From Seison nebaliae (lineage: Eukaryota), in contig JALJEE010002292.1 in NCBI GenBank assembly GCA_023231475.1, positions 62,001 to 102,098 on the forward strand: a stretch of 40,098 nt of DNA. The letters run 5' to 3'. The position numbers and the translations under genes are program-made. Below, piece by piece: positions 1 to 13,703 of this stretch. Every line of letters begins with the position of its first letter. The stretch's first letter is position 1. The notes beneath the pieces were generated by a model that was not told the origin of the DNA, did not search any database, and saw nothing but the letters and a program-made list of their open reading frames with translations.

Positions 1-1
1 A

Positions 2-3000
2 AATACGGAGGAACAGCTATTGAAAAAATATGATATTTGTCAATTGGAATCGATCGTTCTCGCTGAAACGAACGAAATATTTCGATTCAGTCAATTGAAA
101 CTCTCAATTTTCATTTCAGAATATGAATCAAATAATGAATTGGAGGAGTATTTGAGAAATAAATGTAATTTGCCCAATTCCGTTCAAATTCAATTGATAA
201 AACCAAATTTATTCGATATCGTCAAATCGATTTGGTTATTGTGTAAAATAGAATTGGAATATTTGGATGAGAAAAGTTCTATTGAATATTTCGATATGAT
301 TCCTTTGAATCTATTAAAGTTCTTCATCGAAAAGAAATGGTTGGAAATGATGGAAAATGACGACAGTCAACTATTGACGAATTTGTTGAATAAAATACAA
401 ATTATTTTATCGATTCCAAATAATGATATTAATGGTCGACTAGTTCAATCTTCAACGGAAAATGTCGACGATGGAAATTCTGAAAAAGAAAATATCGAAA
501 AAGAGAATTCTGAAAAAGAAGATATCCGAAACGAAAACTCTGAAAAAGTTAATATCGAAAAAAAAAATTCTGTAAAGGAAAAAATTGAAAATGAAAATTC
601 TGAAAAAGAGAAAATCAACAACAAAAATTCTGAAAAAGCAAAAATCGAAAATGAAAATTCTGATAGAGAAAATTTCAACAAGGTGAATTTAAAGACAGAT
701 GATATGACAGAAGATGATGAAATTCAGAAGGTAAACAATGGAAATTTAAGTTTGAAGAAAGAAGATATCGAAAATACGAATTCGAAAGAAGATAATAATG
801 AAAATAGAAATATCGTGAAAGAACTTTCTGATAAAGAAATTTCACAACCGACGGATAATTCGGTTGTCATAAAAGTTGCAAATGAAACGATCGATAAATT
901 GAAATCCGCAAGAGAATTGATTGTTTATTATTTGCTATTGACCAAAAACATAAAATTGGAAGGAAAACTATTTTTTGGTAAATTTAATTTGACAATTAAA
1001 AAAAATGAGAATTTCTCAAAACTGTTTAAAAAATCGATTCCTTTTCAAATTGCGAAGATGGGAACATTCGGGAAAATACTTCGAATGAAAAATTTCATAT
1101 CGAAATCGAAATCTTCTCAAATCTTCTTTATCTCGATCGACCAAAACGATATGGAGATTTATTTGGCAAAATATGAGAATGTCGATCTGAGAATTATCGA
1201 TTTTGTTTCGAATCATTTCGATGTGGAAAAATTGAAACGTCTATCGACATCCATTGTTCGTCAATATTTTACGGAGGAGAAAAGTTTGAGATGTTTTTTC
1301 TTTTTAAAGAATTGGAATTTATTGAATGATCATCATATTGAGTTGTTTTATAATTTGTTGAGGAATGAATTGGCATCGATAGGAAAAGACGAATCAATGA
1401 TGATTTTTGTGGAAAATCATAAAAATTTTCATGGAATAAAATTCTCTCCGATAATCAAAGACACATTGACGATGATTCCATGGTCATCTGATGAAATGAA
1501 TTCGGAATCAATAATCGATTTTTTCTTCGAAAAATTTAATAATCTCCAAATGACAAATGAGAAGTTAAAGAAAGTTTTCGTGAATTATTTATCGAATAAT
1601 GAAACTTTAATAATTCAAATTGGTCGAACAATTTCCAATATATTTCTGGGAAGGAATTTCAAATTATTTAGTTTCCTCGAAATGGTTTATGATCGGAAGA
1701 TACTAAAAATGATTATCAAAAACTTTCAATATTTATCTGAATCAACATACGAATTATTTATCGTTTATTGGCTTTGTTTTTTACCGATCGATCGATTGAT
1801 CAGTTTCGTCAGTTGTTCGATGAACAAGAAGGAATTTCTGATCAACGTTATTTTGGTGATGGAGGAATTGATGAAATTGTTCGTGAAAATGAAAGAAGAG
1901 AAATTTTTAAAATTTTATTTGTTGAATTATATTACGAATAATATGAATTGTCGTATTTCTTGTCAATCGTCATTGATCAATGGACAGGAATTGATAAGAA
2001 ATAATCGATTATTTCATATCGATGATCTCTTCTTTAAATCATTCATCAAGAAATTGGATAAGATAAAAATGGGAAATGAATTAAAATATATCGGAAATTC
2101 GGAAGATATCGTTCGGATCGTTTGTCAACATTTATCATATCTTTCTACACCGACCATTGTTCGATCTGTCATTTCTTTAATAAATCATTTCCAATTGAAC
2201 AAAACTATCGTCATTTATGGAAATTTGAATACGGGAAAGAGTACTTTAATAAACATTTTATTGGAGACGTTGAAATTGTTGAATTGGAATCTCATTTCAC
2301 GATATATTTCGACGGATATTTTCACCATTGAAGATTTGCTCGGAATTCCATCCGGAAACGATCGATATGAAAATTCAATTGTAAATTCGAATTCTTATTA
2401 TTTGTCGAATGAACGAGAGAAGGAACGTCGAGATTATACATCGATGGAATACGATGATAAATTGATTGAGAGGAAAATAACAAACCGTCAAATTTCCATC
2501 AATAAATCTCAACATATTAACAGTGTCGCTAATCTCTCTGAATATGACGAGACGGAAATTGATTGTGAAATAAATCGAAGCACATTCCGTTCCATAATCA
2601 TTAGTTTATATGATGAAATTGCGAATTCTAATGAGAAATGTTCAATTGAAAATGAGAAATTGGTTTTCCCAGTGATTGTGGTGCAGGATAATGAGAATAC
2701 TTGGATAAAAGGAAGATCATCATTTGAAAATATTCTCAATGAGATTCATTCGAATTATTCGGAGAAGGAAGAACGATGTAAAGTGATAATAGAATGTTCA
2801 CATCTCCATCATTTGACACCCCAAGAAATCGACGAAAATTTCATTCTTTATCAATTAAATGAAGTTGAAGAGAATAAATTAATTATCAGAAATTTCCATC
2901 AATTAACATATGAACAATTTGATGATTATATGGATATGTTATTGGAGAATAATCAAAACTCTTCGATTATCTCACTCCATTATTATGTTCAATGGTTTTT

Positions 3001-6000
3001 GGAGAGTATGAGGAATGAAATCGAAAATAATCATGAGAAACGACTCGATAATGGGAAGAATGATGAGAAAATAATTTTGATTATAAATTACTTCGATTTT
3101 CTTCTCGATTATCTTCTCATGTTTATGAAGAGACTTTTGTATTTGAATGAGAGAATGAAAGAGAATTACAAAGAATCGAAATCTTATCATTCCATCAGTT
3201 TCCGTGTGCGATTCATTCAATTCCTTCAATTATTCAAATATTATTTGAAATCTTATCAAACTTCTTTCACTAATTTAATTGATAAATTATCCATCAATCA
3301 AGATGATCAATCAATAAAGAATAATCTCATTAATTTCATCACATTCGCAGCCATTCAAACATTCGCTTATTCCATCGATAAAGTGAACGACCGTAATCGA
3401 TTCTCATATTTATGGATCGATGTATTTCAAGGATCTCTCATGTGTCCGATAAAATTGGATTGGAATATTTATGAAAAATTCTTCGATACCGATAATCATG
3501 AATGGATGGACATCAACGATTATCAGAATAGTAATCAGATATTTTCCCCATTTGCAGAATGTCAGACATTTAAAGATTTCTCATCGATCGCTCAATATTC
3601 TTTCCTCTCCACACCCACATTAATTCAAATATTTAATCTCATCAATATTCATCTATTAGCGAGCAATAATGTTTGTGTGATGGGAATGAGGAAAAGTGGA
3701 AAATCGGCAATTTTAGATAAATTTTTAAGATCAATCCAATTAACTTCCTTGTTCTCAGGAGAAGGACGTGGAGGAGAAAATACTGAACAATCATCGAGTG
3801 GATTTTCAGCGAAAGGAGTTGAGAAATGTTTCCAGTTATCTATCGATCCATCTCAATTCAATTCGGAAATGCAGAAATTTCTCATGAATACAACGAACAA
3901 ATCATTCATTCGTCATTTCCTTCGCAGTTTCATCTGTCGTCATAATTTGTGTTATATTCCCAAAAATGTGGCAACGGTAACGAATATTCAAAATAAAATG
4001 GATAAACATTTATTGTATTTCATCGACGATTTACATTGTGGAATGATGGATCGAGAATCGATCGATCGAACCAAAACTTCCAGTTGTCTCCATAATACTA
4101 TCGAATATTTGATGGAAAAACGGTTTCTCTGGCCATATGGATGTCACGAACAAATGAGATATTCCACCACCTCCAAACAACATTATAAGGGAATGATAGA
4201 ATTGAATAATTTTTCAATTTTCTCGTCGATTTCAACGGAAAATTTTAATAATTGGAAAAATGATATAAATTATAAGAAACTTTTGAATAAATTCCATTGT
4301 ATCGCCATACCGGAATTATTAGCAGAAAGTGAATTATATTCCATCTTCTCCTGTTTCGTCAACAAACACTTCTTTGGCGTTAATCAGATTATGGATTCGT
4401 TGAAATTCATCGATTATGAACATGTGGCATCGTTACTGATGATATTGGTACGAATCAATATCGATCTGATCGTCAATATGAGGAGATCATTAATAAATGT
4501 TTTAGATTCTTTGATTTTTCAAGATAAATTCATCAATTCGACTCTCAGTATTGATACGATGAAAATTATTTGGACTAACATCACATTATCCACCGTTCCA
4601 TTCCCCACCAATTGGAAATTATTATTGTTGCTATGGAAACACGAGACAGATAATTGCATAAGAAATTCGTTCAAATTGACAAGTCAACTCATCGAATATG
4701 ACGAACAATTCAAACGGATTATGAAGAAATATTTTACGTCGAAAGATTTCTTTCTCATTCTCTACGACGAGCAATTCCAGAAAATGGCAAATTCCGATAG
4801 TTTACGCAATGTCGATATTCCTCAAAATTGTATCGATTATTTTATTGAAAATGAAATTTATTTTACTGATCTTAAAGAAATGGAAAATGGTCTCGTCACA
4901 TCGGTGGTTCAAAATGAAACGTTGAAAATACCAAATCGAATAACTTCACTCATATTGGAAGAAAATGATGAAATTCTCATCAACCGACTAAGTAATTCGA
5001 AGAAAGTAGAAAAGAAGAAAGAGAATCTTACCAGTATTAGTTCGTTGACGTCGTCGGATAAGAGATGGAAAGTGGCAAAGACTAAATTGAAATCCCAATC
5101 GAGTAGTGACGCACCCAAAGAAATTGAAGTGACAGAGAAGAAGAAAAAAGAAGAGGAAATGAACGAAAAAGATTTGCCTGGTCATTTAGTTGTGAAATAT
5201 TTGAAAATTCTTTATTGGAGAAAGAATATTAATAAGAAAGATGATATTATAACTAATCGATCGAATCAAACTGATCAAATAATTATTTCAAATAAAATAA
5301 CAAATGTCACTTGGTCGTCATATGAATACGTGTCGAATGAAGAAGAATTACGAGAAATAATCGATGCGGCTGTGGAAGAATATAATAAGAATTGTCAATC
5401 AATTCATATTCATCTTCATTCGGACAGTTGCAAATTGTTGAGTCATTTTATAAAGAATTTAAAAAGTTTCCGATTCGATCCAGTTAATTGTATTTCAAAT
5501 AAATCATCACCGATTTTATCCGTCTCCTCCGCCATTCAACAACGTGCCATCAAATATCATTTCACATTAATCGCCAATGGACATATCGACATTGACAGTT
5601 CGCTGAAACTCGCCAGTACATTAACTCAACACAATCTCATTCAATTAGATACCTCACAAGAATTCCATAATCTTTCCATCATGACAAATACTACCGATCT
5701 ATCGAATGAACGAACATTCGATAACGAATCAATAAATTCATCAATGACATCATCTGGTTATAATTTGAAAACTTTCGGGAAGGAAATGAAAAAATTCGAC
5801 GCGGATATCATCAACATTTGTGTGCTGATTTCTTTAAGACAAAAAATCGTTTCGGCAGCCATCGAATCTGGTGTTTCATGTCATCGTCAATTAATCGTTT
5901 TCACCATCGACGATGTGATCAATACGAAATTGAGTACGAATTTCGATAAAATTTTCAACGATTGGAACTACGAGACTTTGGCCGGAATTATCACCTCACA

Positions 6001-9000
6001 ATATTCGTCATCTAATAATTTAGATAAATTATTTTATTTTAATATTTGTTCATTGATGGATCTCATCGAATTATTTCTCTCGTACTCACATGATCTAAAT
6101 CATTTCTTTACGAATGACGAAGAATCGAGAATTATCAATTCGATGAGAGGACAAGTGTCACAACTCAATCAAATGTTCTCATCGAAATTAGCATGGCAAT
6201 TATTTAGCAAGAATGTAGCGGAGAATTTATCATTTTTCTTCATCATTGATAATGATCAATCTCCATCAATGAATTATGTAAAAAATCGAAATTCATTTTA
6301 TTTGTCTAATTGTAAAATGATCGTTATGAAATCGTGGAATGAGAAATTATTGAAAGAATCATCACTACTTCATTTGAAAGATATTGAAGAGATTTATGAG
6401 AATGACGACGTTCTCAATTCCATCTCTTATTTATTGACCACAGTACATTTGGATTCCATCAAATTATTTAAAGGAAATGGTTGTCGTCTAGATTCAAATT
6501 TAATTTTCCAACAATTCATTTTGACATTCAATCGATTATTAATGGGAATGTTTGAGAAAATCGAAAACGTTCATGAAAATAATAAAAATCGAATACAACT
6601 CATCGATCGACAAATAAAGATAACACAGGAATTGAAAGAACAAATTCTTTACGAGAAAAAAATAACAGATGAACGTGAAGATAGTTGTATGAAAATGTTG
6701 ACACAAATCGGTACTGATATTTATCGAGCGGAATTGCAGAAAAATGATGAAAATAATCATCGTTGTCGAATGGATCAATTGAAAGCATTATTGCCTAAAT
6801 ATGAAGCGATTTATGAGAAGAATTTATTTCGTCTTATCGAACATGTCAATCGAATAAAGAAATCGATTAATGATCTCCCCGAACAATCTTTACAAGAATT
6901 GCGCTCCCAATTAAGTCGACCAGGAGAAGACGCTGAATTGATTGTTGGAGCGTGTATCGTTTTGTTGAGAAGTGCGTCGAGTGATTTAAGTTGGAATCGT
7001 GGGGCGAAACGTCTCTTAGCGAATTTGGATAGATTCATCAACGAACTTTTATCATACGATAATGAAGTGTTCGATAATTCATATACATTATCAGTAGCAG
7101 AAGAGATGTTGAAGAAAGTGAATGAAATTCCAAAGAAATCATCAGAAATTCACCATCAGGATATGGCTATTTACGTTCTCTATTATTGGGTGAAAGGAGT
7201 AATTTATTATAATACAATGATGACGAATAAAATTCGACCGTTGAAGAAAATGTGTGAAGAAATTCGAATTCGAATCGTCGACGAAGAACGACGAGCGAGT
7301 GAGTTGATGGATAAAACGGAAAAATTAAATACACGTCTCGTTGATTTGGAGATGAATTATGAAGAGGCCTCAGTGGATAAAATCGAACAAAAAAATAAGA
7401 CATTACAATTACAAAAGAAATTAGACGAATTGATAAAATTGCAGGAATTGTTAAATGAAGAAAGTTCAAAATGTAACATGATCCACAACATTTACGATTA
7501 TCGATTGAAGAGTCTCATCGGGAATTATTGTCTCATTTCATTCATTATCGTTTATCTTCCTCTCATGAAATTAGATGAAGAAGAAAAATTGAAAATTATT
7601 CAACAAGTTATCATTGGCAATTTAAAAGAGTGTGGACTATTCGCTGAACTGGATATTCTCGACAAAGGAAGTAATCATTCGATTTTGTGGAATTATGATG
7701 ACCATTTGAAAAGTTATGATGATTTAATATCGAAATTATTGGAATATTCGTTGCCGTCTGATACATTCCATGAAATCTACTCGTCATTCCCGTCGTCGTT
7801 GTTGAAAGAACAAAAATTAATTTTTGAATTATCCAAACTGAACAACGAATCGTTAGTGATTTATGACGAGGGTGGTGGATTGTTTGGGAGAAGATTTTTG
7901 AAAAATTTCGATAACGAAAATTTGGTGGTGGTGAATTTGAATGAGAAATTCTCACAATTCACTTTGAACACAATTGAAAAATCATTGAATAACGGCCATC
8001 ATCTCATCATCATTGGGAATGAGGCGCCCTATTCTTTAAATTCTTCCTCGAAATTCATCGATCCAATTTATCTGCCTCTTCTTATTTATACGAATCATCG
8101 TTCATATTTCGAAAATGATGATTCGGATGAAGAAAATGATTTATTGAAATTTTTCGATAAAAAATTTTTCGTCAATAACAATTTTCGAATTTCCTTCATC
8201 TTCTCCAATCATCACAATGAGAGTCTTTTAAAGAATTCGAGTATTCCAGATTATCTGATGAATTCAACGGATTTCCGATTGAAATCATCCGGCGGACATT
8301 TACCCAAAATTTATGAACATTACACAAAAACCATAAAATTATTTAGTAATAAATTGAATGACGTTAAGAGATTTTTTAGTGGAATTCTCAAAAATTTCTT
8401 ATATCCCCAACGAATTATTTGGAGTGGTCATTGTAGAAATCTGGTCAAATCGAACGAAAATGAATTGAATGAATTTGAGGAGGAGATGGTGAGTCTCCAG
8501 AGTGAATCATTCGCTCAAGCTATGTCAAATAAGAACGATAATGAGGAAATGGATATAATAGGAAAGATCTCCAATCTCCTGTTAGCGAAACATGAATTGG
8601 AGGAAGAAATTAAATTATCGAAAGAAGTGATAGAGAAATTGAATGTTAAGAATGAGAATATCGAGGAATATATTCAACCGTTTTGTAAAATAGTCTCATT
8701 ATTCCATCGAATTATTGAACCGTTAAATGAATCCTATTCCTTCAAATCTATTCAATTCATTCCAATATTTTGGAATTCAATTGAGAAAATTTTGACGATT
8801 TCAAAAGAAGAAAGTTATTTATCTTTCTGGTATCAATTTGATGTGATTTCGAATGAGAATGAAGAAAAAGAGAAAAGGGAAATTGTTGAAAATTTAAAAA
8901 ATATTTTGGAGAATGATCTGGATATGAATGAAGAATTAAATTTAGATGAATTCGTTTTTCATCTCATCAGACAAACTACTCAATTCCTTCTCATTCAATT

Positions 9001-11747
9001 GACGAGAGATCATTTCAAATTCATCTGGTTCATTATATTCATCTCACAATGTCATCATTATATGTTACGAATGGAAGAGAAAAATGATAAATTGATTTGT
9101 TCAATTCTCACCAATTTCAAAGTATTCATCAATAATCTCATTCATCAACCATCACCTGATCGTTGTTCTAATGATTTATTTGATGATATAAAAGAAATTT
9201 CAAATTTGAAAAATTTGGAAGAAAAAAAGAATCGAATCGAAACTTCAATTGACATCGGAAAAATCACTAGAAAAAATTCACCAAAAGAAAGTTTTATTTT
9301 TCATCATTTTTCCTTTTCATTATTAAAATAGAACTGACGATGGCACATGAATTGTTGAAGAGTATTCTCATCAAACAATATTTTGGGAAAGATGAAAATG
9401 TGGAATATTTGAATGAATTCCAAATATTTCCGTTCACTCTCTTAAAATTGGGAAATTCGAATGATTTCCTGGAATTATACTCGTTTATTCGACAAGATAA
9501 TGAAAGAGATTTAATGTCATATTGTAAATATGACGCCTTCCTCCTCATCGAAGACGTAGACGATGATCAAATGAAGATTTTAATGGAGAGAATATTTGAA
9601 GAGTTAAAAAGAAAAAATGAGAATTTTCAAAAAGTCGTCATCGAATTTGATGGTCCTGACGGTTGTACGTCAACGAATGAACGAATAATTTACGAAAATC
9701 TTTACGAATTAATGACAACAAACGAACATCGAATCATTTTCTTCCGTCATACGGAATATGCGACTCATGACATTTTAGAAGAGATTCGTGCTATTCTTCG
9801 TGACAATATAAGTTTCCATCAAAATCTTTTTCTTTCTCTTATTTCTCCATATTTCAGATGGAAATGATATCATCATTCTAACACGACGAGAAGGTAAATT
9901 ATTGAATGGAATATTGGAACAGCAATGTCTCCCAATGAGAGCACATTCGTTAATTTCCACATATTTTGATGAAATTTCAAAAAAATTCAAAAAAAGTTTT
10001 TTTATTTTAATTTATTGGAAATTTTTAAATTTCTTTTTTACAGAAAAGAAGATCGTCAATATCAACGATATAAAATTATCGGATAATTTAAGAAGACGAA
10101 AATGGCAAATTATTATAATTCTCATATTCCAATCATTATTCTCCAATGAATTATACGAAAAAAATTTCCAATTTATTTTATTCTCGATGATGGAACAATT
10201 GGAAGAAATATCGGATGATGAAGATTTGTATAAAATGAAAGACATAATTTTAAATCAACTTCTTCATGGAAGTAACGACATGGAAATTTTACAATTCAAT
10301 CGATTAAATCAACATCTGAATGAGATTACTAATCGATTACACGATGATAAATTTGCAATTTCAGATGAAATTGAATTAAATATAAATGTAAAATCGATTG
10401 AAGAAATTTATGAATTATTCAACTCAATCCAATTCGAAAGATTCAGTAAATTATTCAAGAACTTTCATTATACTATGGTTGGATGGTTAATAAAAATGTT
10501 TTTATGAAATTTTTGAATGAAAATATTTTTGTTTTTTATAGTGAAATTCCAGAGAAAGAGAATAAGAAACTTTTGAAAAAAATCATTTCCAAATCATTAG
10601 AAATCGATCAATTAAATGAAGAGAATGAATTGAAAGAAAATAATTTTATTGATCAATTGGAATTATTATCTAGAAATTTACCGAGATATGATGATCTCAT
10701 TGATATTCATTCGTTATTGATTAAAGAGAATTTGAACACCAAAAATATTCTCTCGAAGAAAATAAATTGTCGAAATAATGAATGGGAGGAAGTAATTCTT
10801 CCAGTCAACTACGAAATTACAAATTATCGTGAAAAGATTTTCAACATATTGGATTCATTTCTACTCAATGTTAATTCATTCATTATAGAATTCTAAAAAT
10901 TTTCCCCTTTTCCAGGAATTTTTCAATCACATAAAATTGATTAGGGAAATCGAAAATGATCTCATCATTTTCAAATCCTTTTCCCCACAAATCAATAACT
11001 GGTTGGACGTGGAGAATCATCCGTCAATTCCCAAAGATCTTTTAATATCTATGCGAAATGTTTATGATGGTGGAATACCGAAAAAATGGAAATTACAAAT
11101 GGGAATGAACGAGAAGAATTTATCGATAAAAAAATTTCTAGAAAGTTTTTTTTTCGATTTTTTTTTTTAAAATTGAAAAATTTTGTTTTTTAGTTCTCAA
11201 TTTCACTTTACGACAATTATGTGAATGGACACAACGTGATAAGGGTGAATATTTCCTCCCAATTCAATGTTTCAAACGAATCGATATTTTATATTCAATT
11301 CTCTGTCCATTAGCGAGTGGGAATAACGACGGTTCTGAAAAGAATGTCCTGTTAATCGCCAACAAAAATGATATGAAGAATTTGTCGATGGATTATGATT
11401 TACATTTTGAAATTGGAACGATTTTCATCGATCGATGGGAAGAAGTGATGTATGGAAATGATGTGATGGATGGAATAAAAATGGAAAATAAATATTTGTT
11501 TATTGTGAATAAAAAGGAATTATGTGAAAAGATTGAATTGAAGAGACTGTACACATTCGTTGGAGTTGCACATAATTCATCATTATCGATCAAAACATAC
11601 GACACTCTTCATTCTCATCCTCAATTACAAATGAGTGTATTGATGATGAATGAGAATGAAATGAGAAGGAAAGAAGACGAAAGAATTGAGGAAAATAGTT
11701 TCGTTCATACACTTATCACGAATGCATTCATCAACTTATCTCAATGA
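2..11747 (+). CDS. Highly divergent dynein heavy chain-like protein, 5'-truncated by the window. Exons <2-9290, 9332-9811, 9858-9995, 10044-10485 (or 10497), 10542-10869, 10916-11144, 11194-11747; ~3,820 codons in the window
   Basis: Frame is open from position 2. Walker A motifs GNLNTGKST (2219-2245) and GMRKSGKS (3683-3706), Walker B-like LLYFIDDLH, a degenerate AAA4-like segment HFTLIANGHIDIDSSLKLAS, and coiled coils flanking an MTBD-like segment (LQELRSQLSRP...LSWNRGAKRLL...LYYWVKG). Six 41-56 nt GT-AG introns join the downstream ORFs in frame. Confidence 0.8.
474..683 (+). repeat. Coding tandem repeat, ~7 x 30 bp, encoding 10-aa units like NSEKENIEKE
   Basis: AATTCTG/AACTCTG recurs every 30 nt; translation NSEKENIEKE NSEKEDIRNE NSEKVNIEKK NSVKEKIENE... 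Confidence 0.9.
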
Positions 11748-11752
11748 TCATT

Positions 11753-13213
11753 TTACCATTTCACCATTTCTTTATATTCGTCTTTTAATGATATTCGTTT
11801 AACGGTTTCATATCCGAAAATTATAAACATCGAATAAACACACGAATGTGTCAATCGAGCTGTCAATCCTTTGAAAACCATTTGAACACCTTCCTGTTTC
11901 CATAAATTGACGAATGTCTTATAAAACTTTCTCGTCGCATCTCGTCCATTTGATTTATATTGTAACTGAATTCTCGTTCGACAAACATCGAACGGATTCG
12001 TTAAAACTGTCGCCATAAACGACGCTAACGGTCCTGCAAATAATTGAACGATGATATTTGGAACTTTTTCTGGTAGAATTGATGCCACTTGTTTCTGCCA
12101 GAAGAAATAGAAAGGCCACCAAACAGCCGAATTCGTTCCGAATAAAACAGTGGACAAAATAAATCCTCGATAGAAACCGCGAATTCCATCTTTTCGATAA
12201 ATATGTTCCGTCAATTGTTTCGCATCTAATAAACGATCGCCTGTTTTTCTATTAGGTCTAAATGTGGATTTTAAGATGAGTTCTTTTGGAATTCCCGCTA
12301 TCGAATTTTCAGTTGATGGAAATTTCAATAAATTATTCGATGCCATCAACTATTCAAATTTAATCGATTATCGATTGAAAGAAAATTTCAAACTTTTAAT
12401 TGTCCCAATAACATGAGTTGTTGAGAAACGATGTCTAACGGAACGACCATTGTCTGCGCTATAGCTGAAGCGGCTGCACCGCCCAACATTGCAGCCGTAT
12501 ATTTCTGAGAATCAAATTGAAATTCATTTGTATTTGTTGTTGATCGAGAATCGATCATATTCGATATCAGATAACGGAATCTTTCAAACGTCGTTATATA
12601 AATTATTCCGGGAAACAATTGCAGATTATATATTCCACATCCTCTATAAAGTGCACGAACTCCTCCTTCTTTAAGAACAAAAAAATACAATGTAATAAAT
12701 ATCAGAATTTCCGATAAAAACATGGAAAAAAATTTTAATTTCTCAAAATACATCGACGAAAATTTATTTTTCTTAATATTTAATATATTTAATATAAACA
12801 ATTTTCTTTGGCGAAAATCATAAAAAATTTTTTTTTTGGCAAAAATCATAAAATTTTTGACATACAACATAAAAAATTTTCTTTGTCCAAAAAAAGTTGG
12901 AAAATTTTCATGAAAAATTTCTTAAAAAGATGTCGAAAAAAAACGAACCGCGATGATAAATACTGCGAAGGGCATGCCATGTTCCGTTGTAATTGGTTAT
13001 TCCATGATTATTGGGAACTAAACGGTTCGTACGTCTTTTCGTACCAGTTTGATATTGCAATCGTGCGCGTACTAAAGTGACTGGATAGAGAATGGTCCGT
13101 ACACTCATAGAGGAAGCGGCAGCTGACGGATAATATTTCCATTTATCCATCATGTACCACTCTACGTCTCTGATGCTGGCCGCCTCCATCTCCTCCAAAT
13201 CGATACTACTCAT
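11753..13213 (-). CDS. SLC25A44: Mitochondrial carrier SLC25A44-like, 378 aa. Exons 13213-12949, 12668-12394, 12349-11753
   Basis: N-terminal VEWYMMDKWKYY matches the SLC25A44 EW..LDK.KFY motif. Three carrier repeats (YPVTLVRARLQ, VPLDIVSQQLM, NPFDVCRTRIQ) and GIRGFYRG. Introns of 280 and 44 nt restore the frame. Confidence 0.9.
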
Positions 13214-13703
13214 TTTCCTTCTTTATTCGATTTTAATTATTTATTCTAATTCTTTCTACTTCAAATTGACATTCGCATTTGATTCGATTATTAATTCGAA
13301 TTGAATTACCACTAAAAAAATTCAATTGATCAATTTATTATTGAGAGACAAATATTGTGGTGAGGAGGATAATAAGGAAATATTGTCTATTAATCATTTT
13401 CATTTGTCAGATGAAATTCTATAAATCCATCTTTTCCTTTCTCCTCGGTTATACTAAAGCTTAAAATTTGAAATAATTAAAAATTTTCTGGAAAGAAAAA
13501 ATTATTTTCTTATAACTCAAATCTCATTTAACAACACTATTTCAGTACGTATCATTTCAAAAATTAAATCAAGAAATATTCTCCTTGTTTCGCTGATTTC
13601 CTAAAGAGATTCTCACATATTCTCCAACTCTTACGTTACTATGGTAACGGGTAAGAATCATTTTTGAATTCAGAATGGAAAGAATATGACTGATAAATTT
13701 TAT

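Noticed and set aside
445..7955. Numerous short antisense or alternative-frame ORFs within the dynein-like exon
   Set aside because: Expected by-products of a long AT-rich coding sequence; no motifs.
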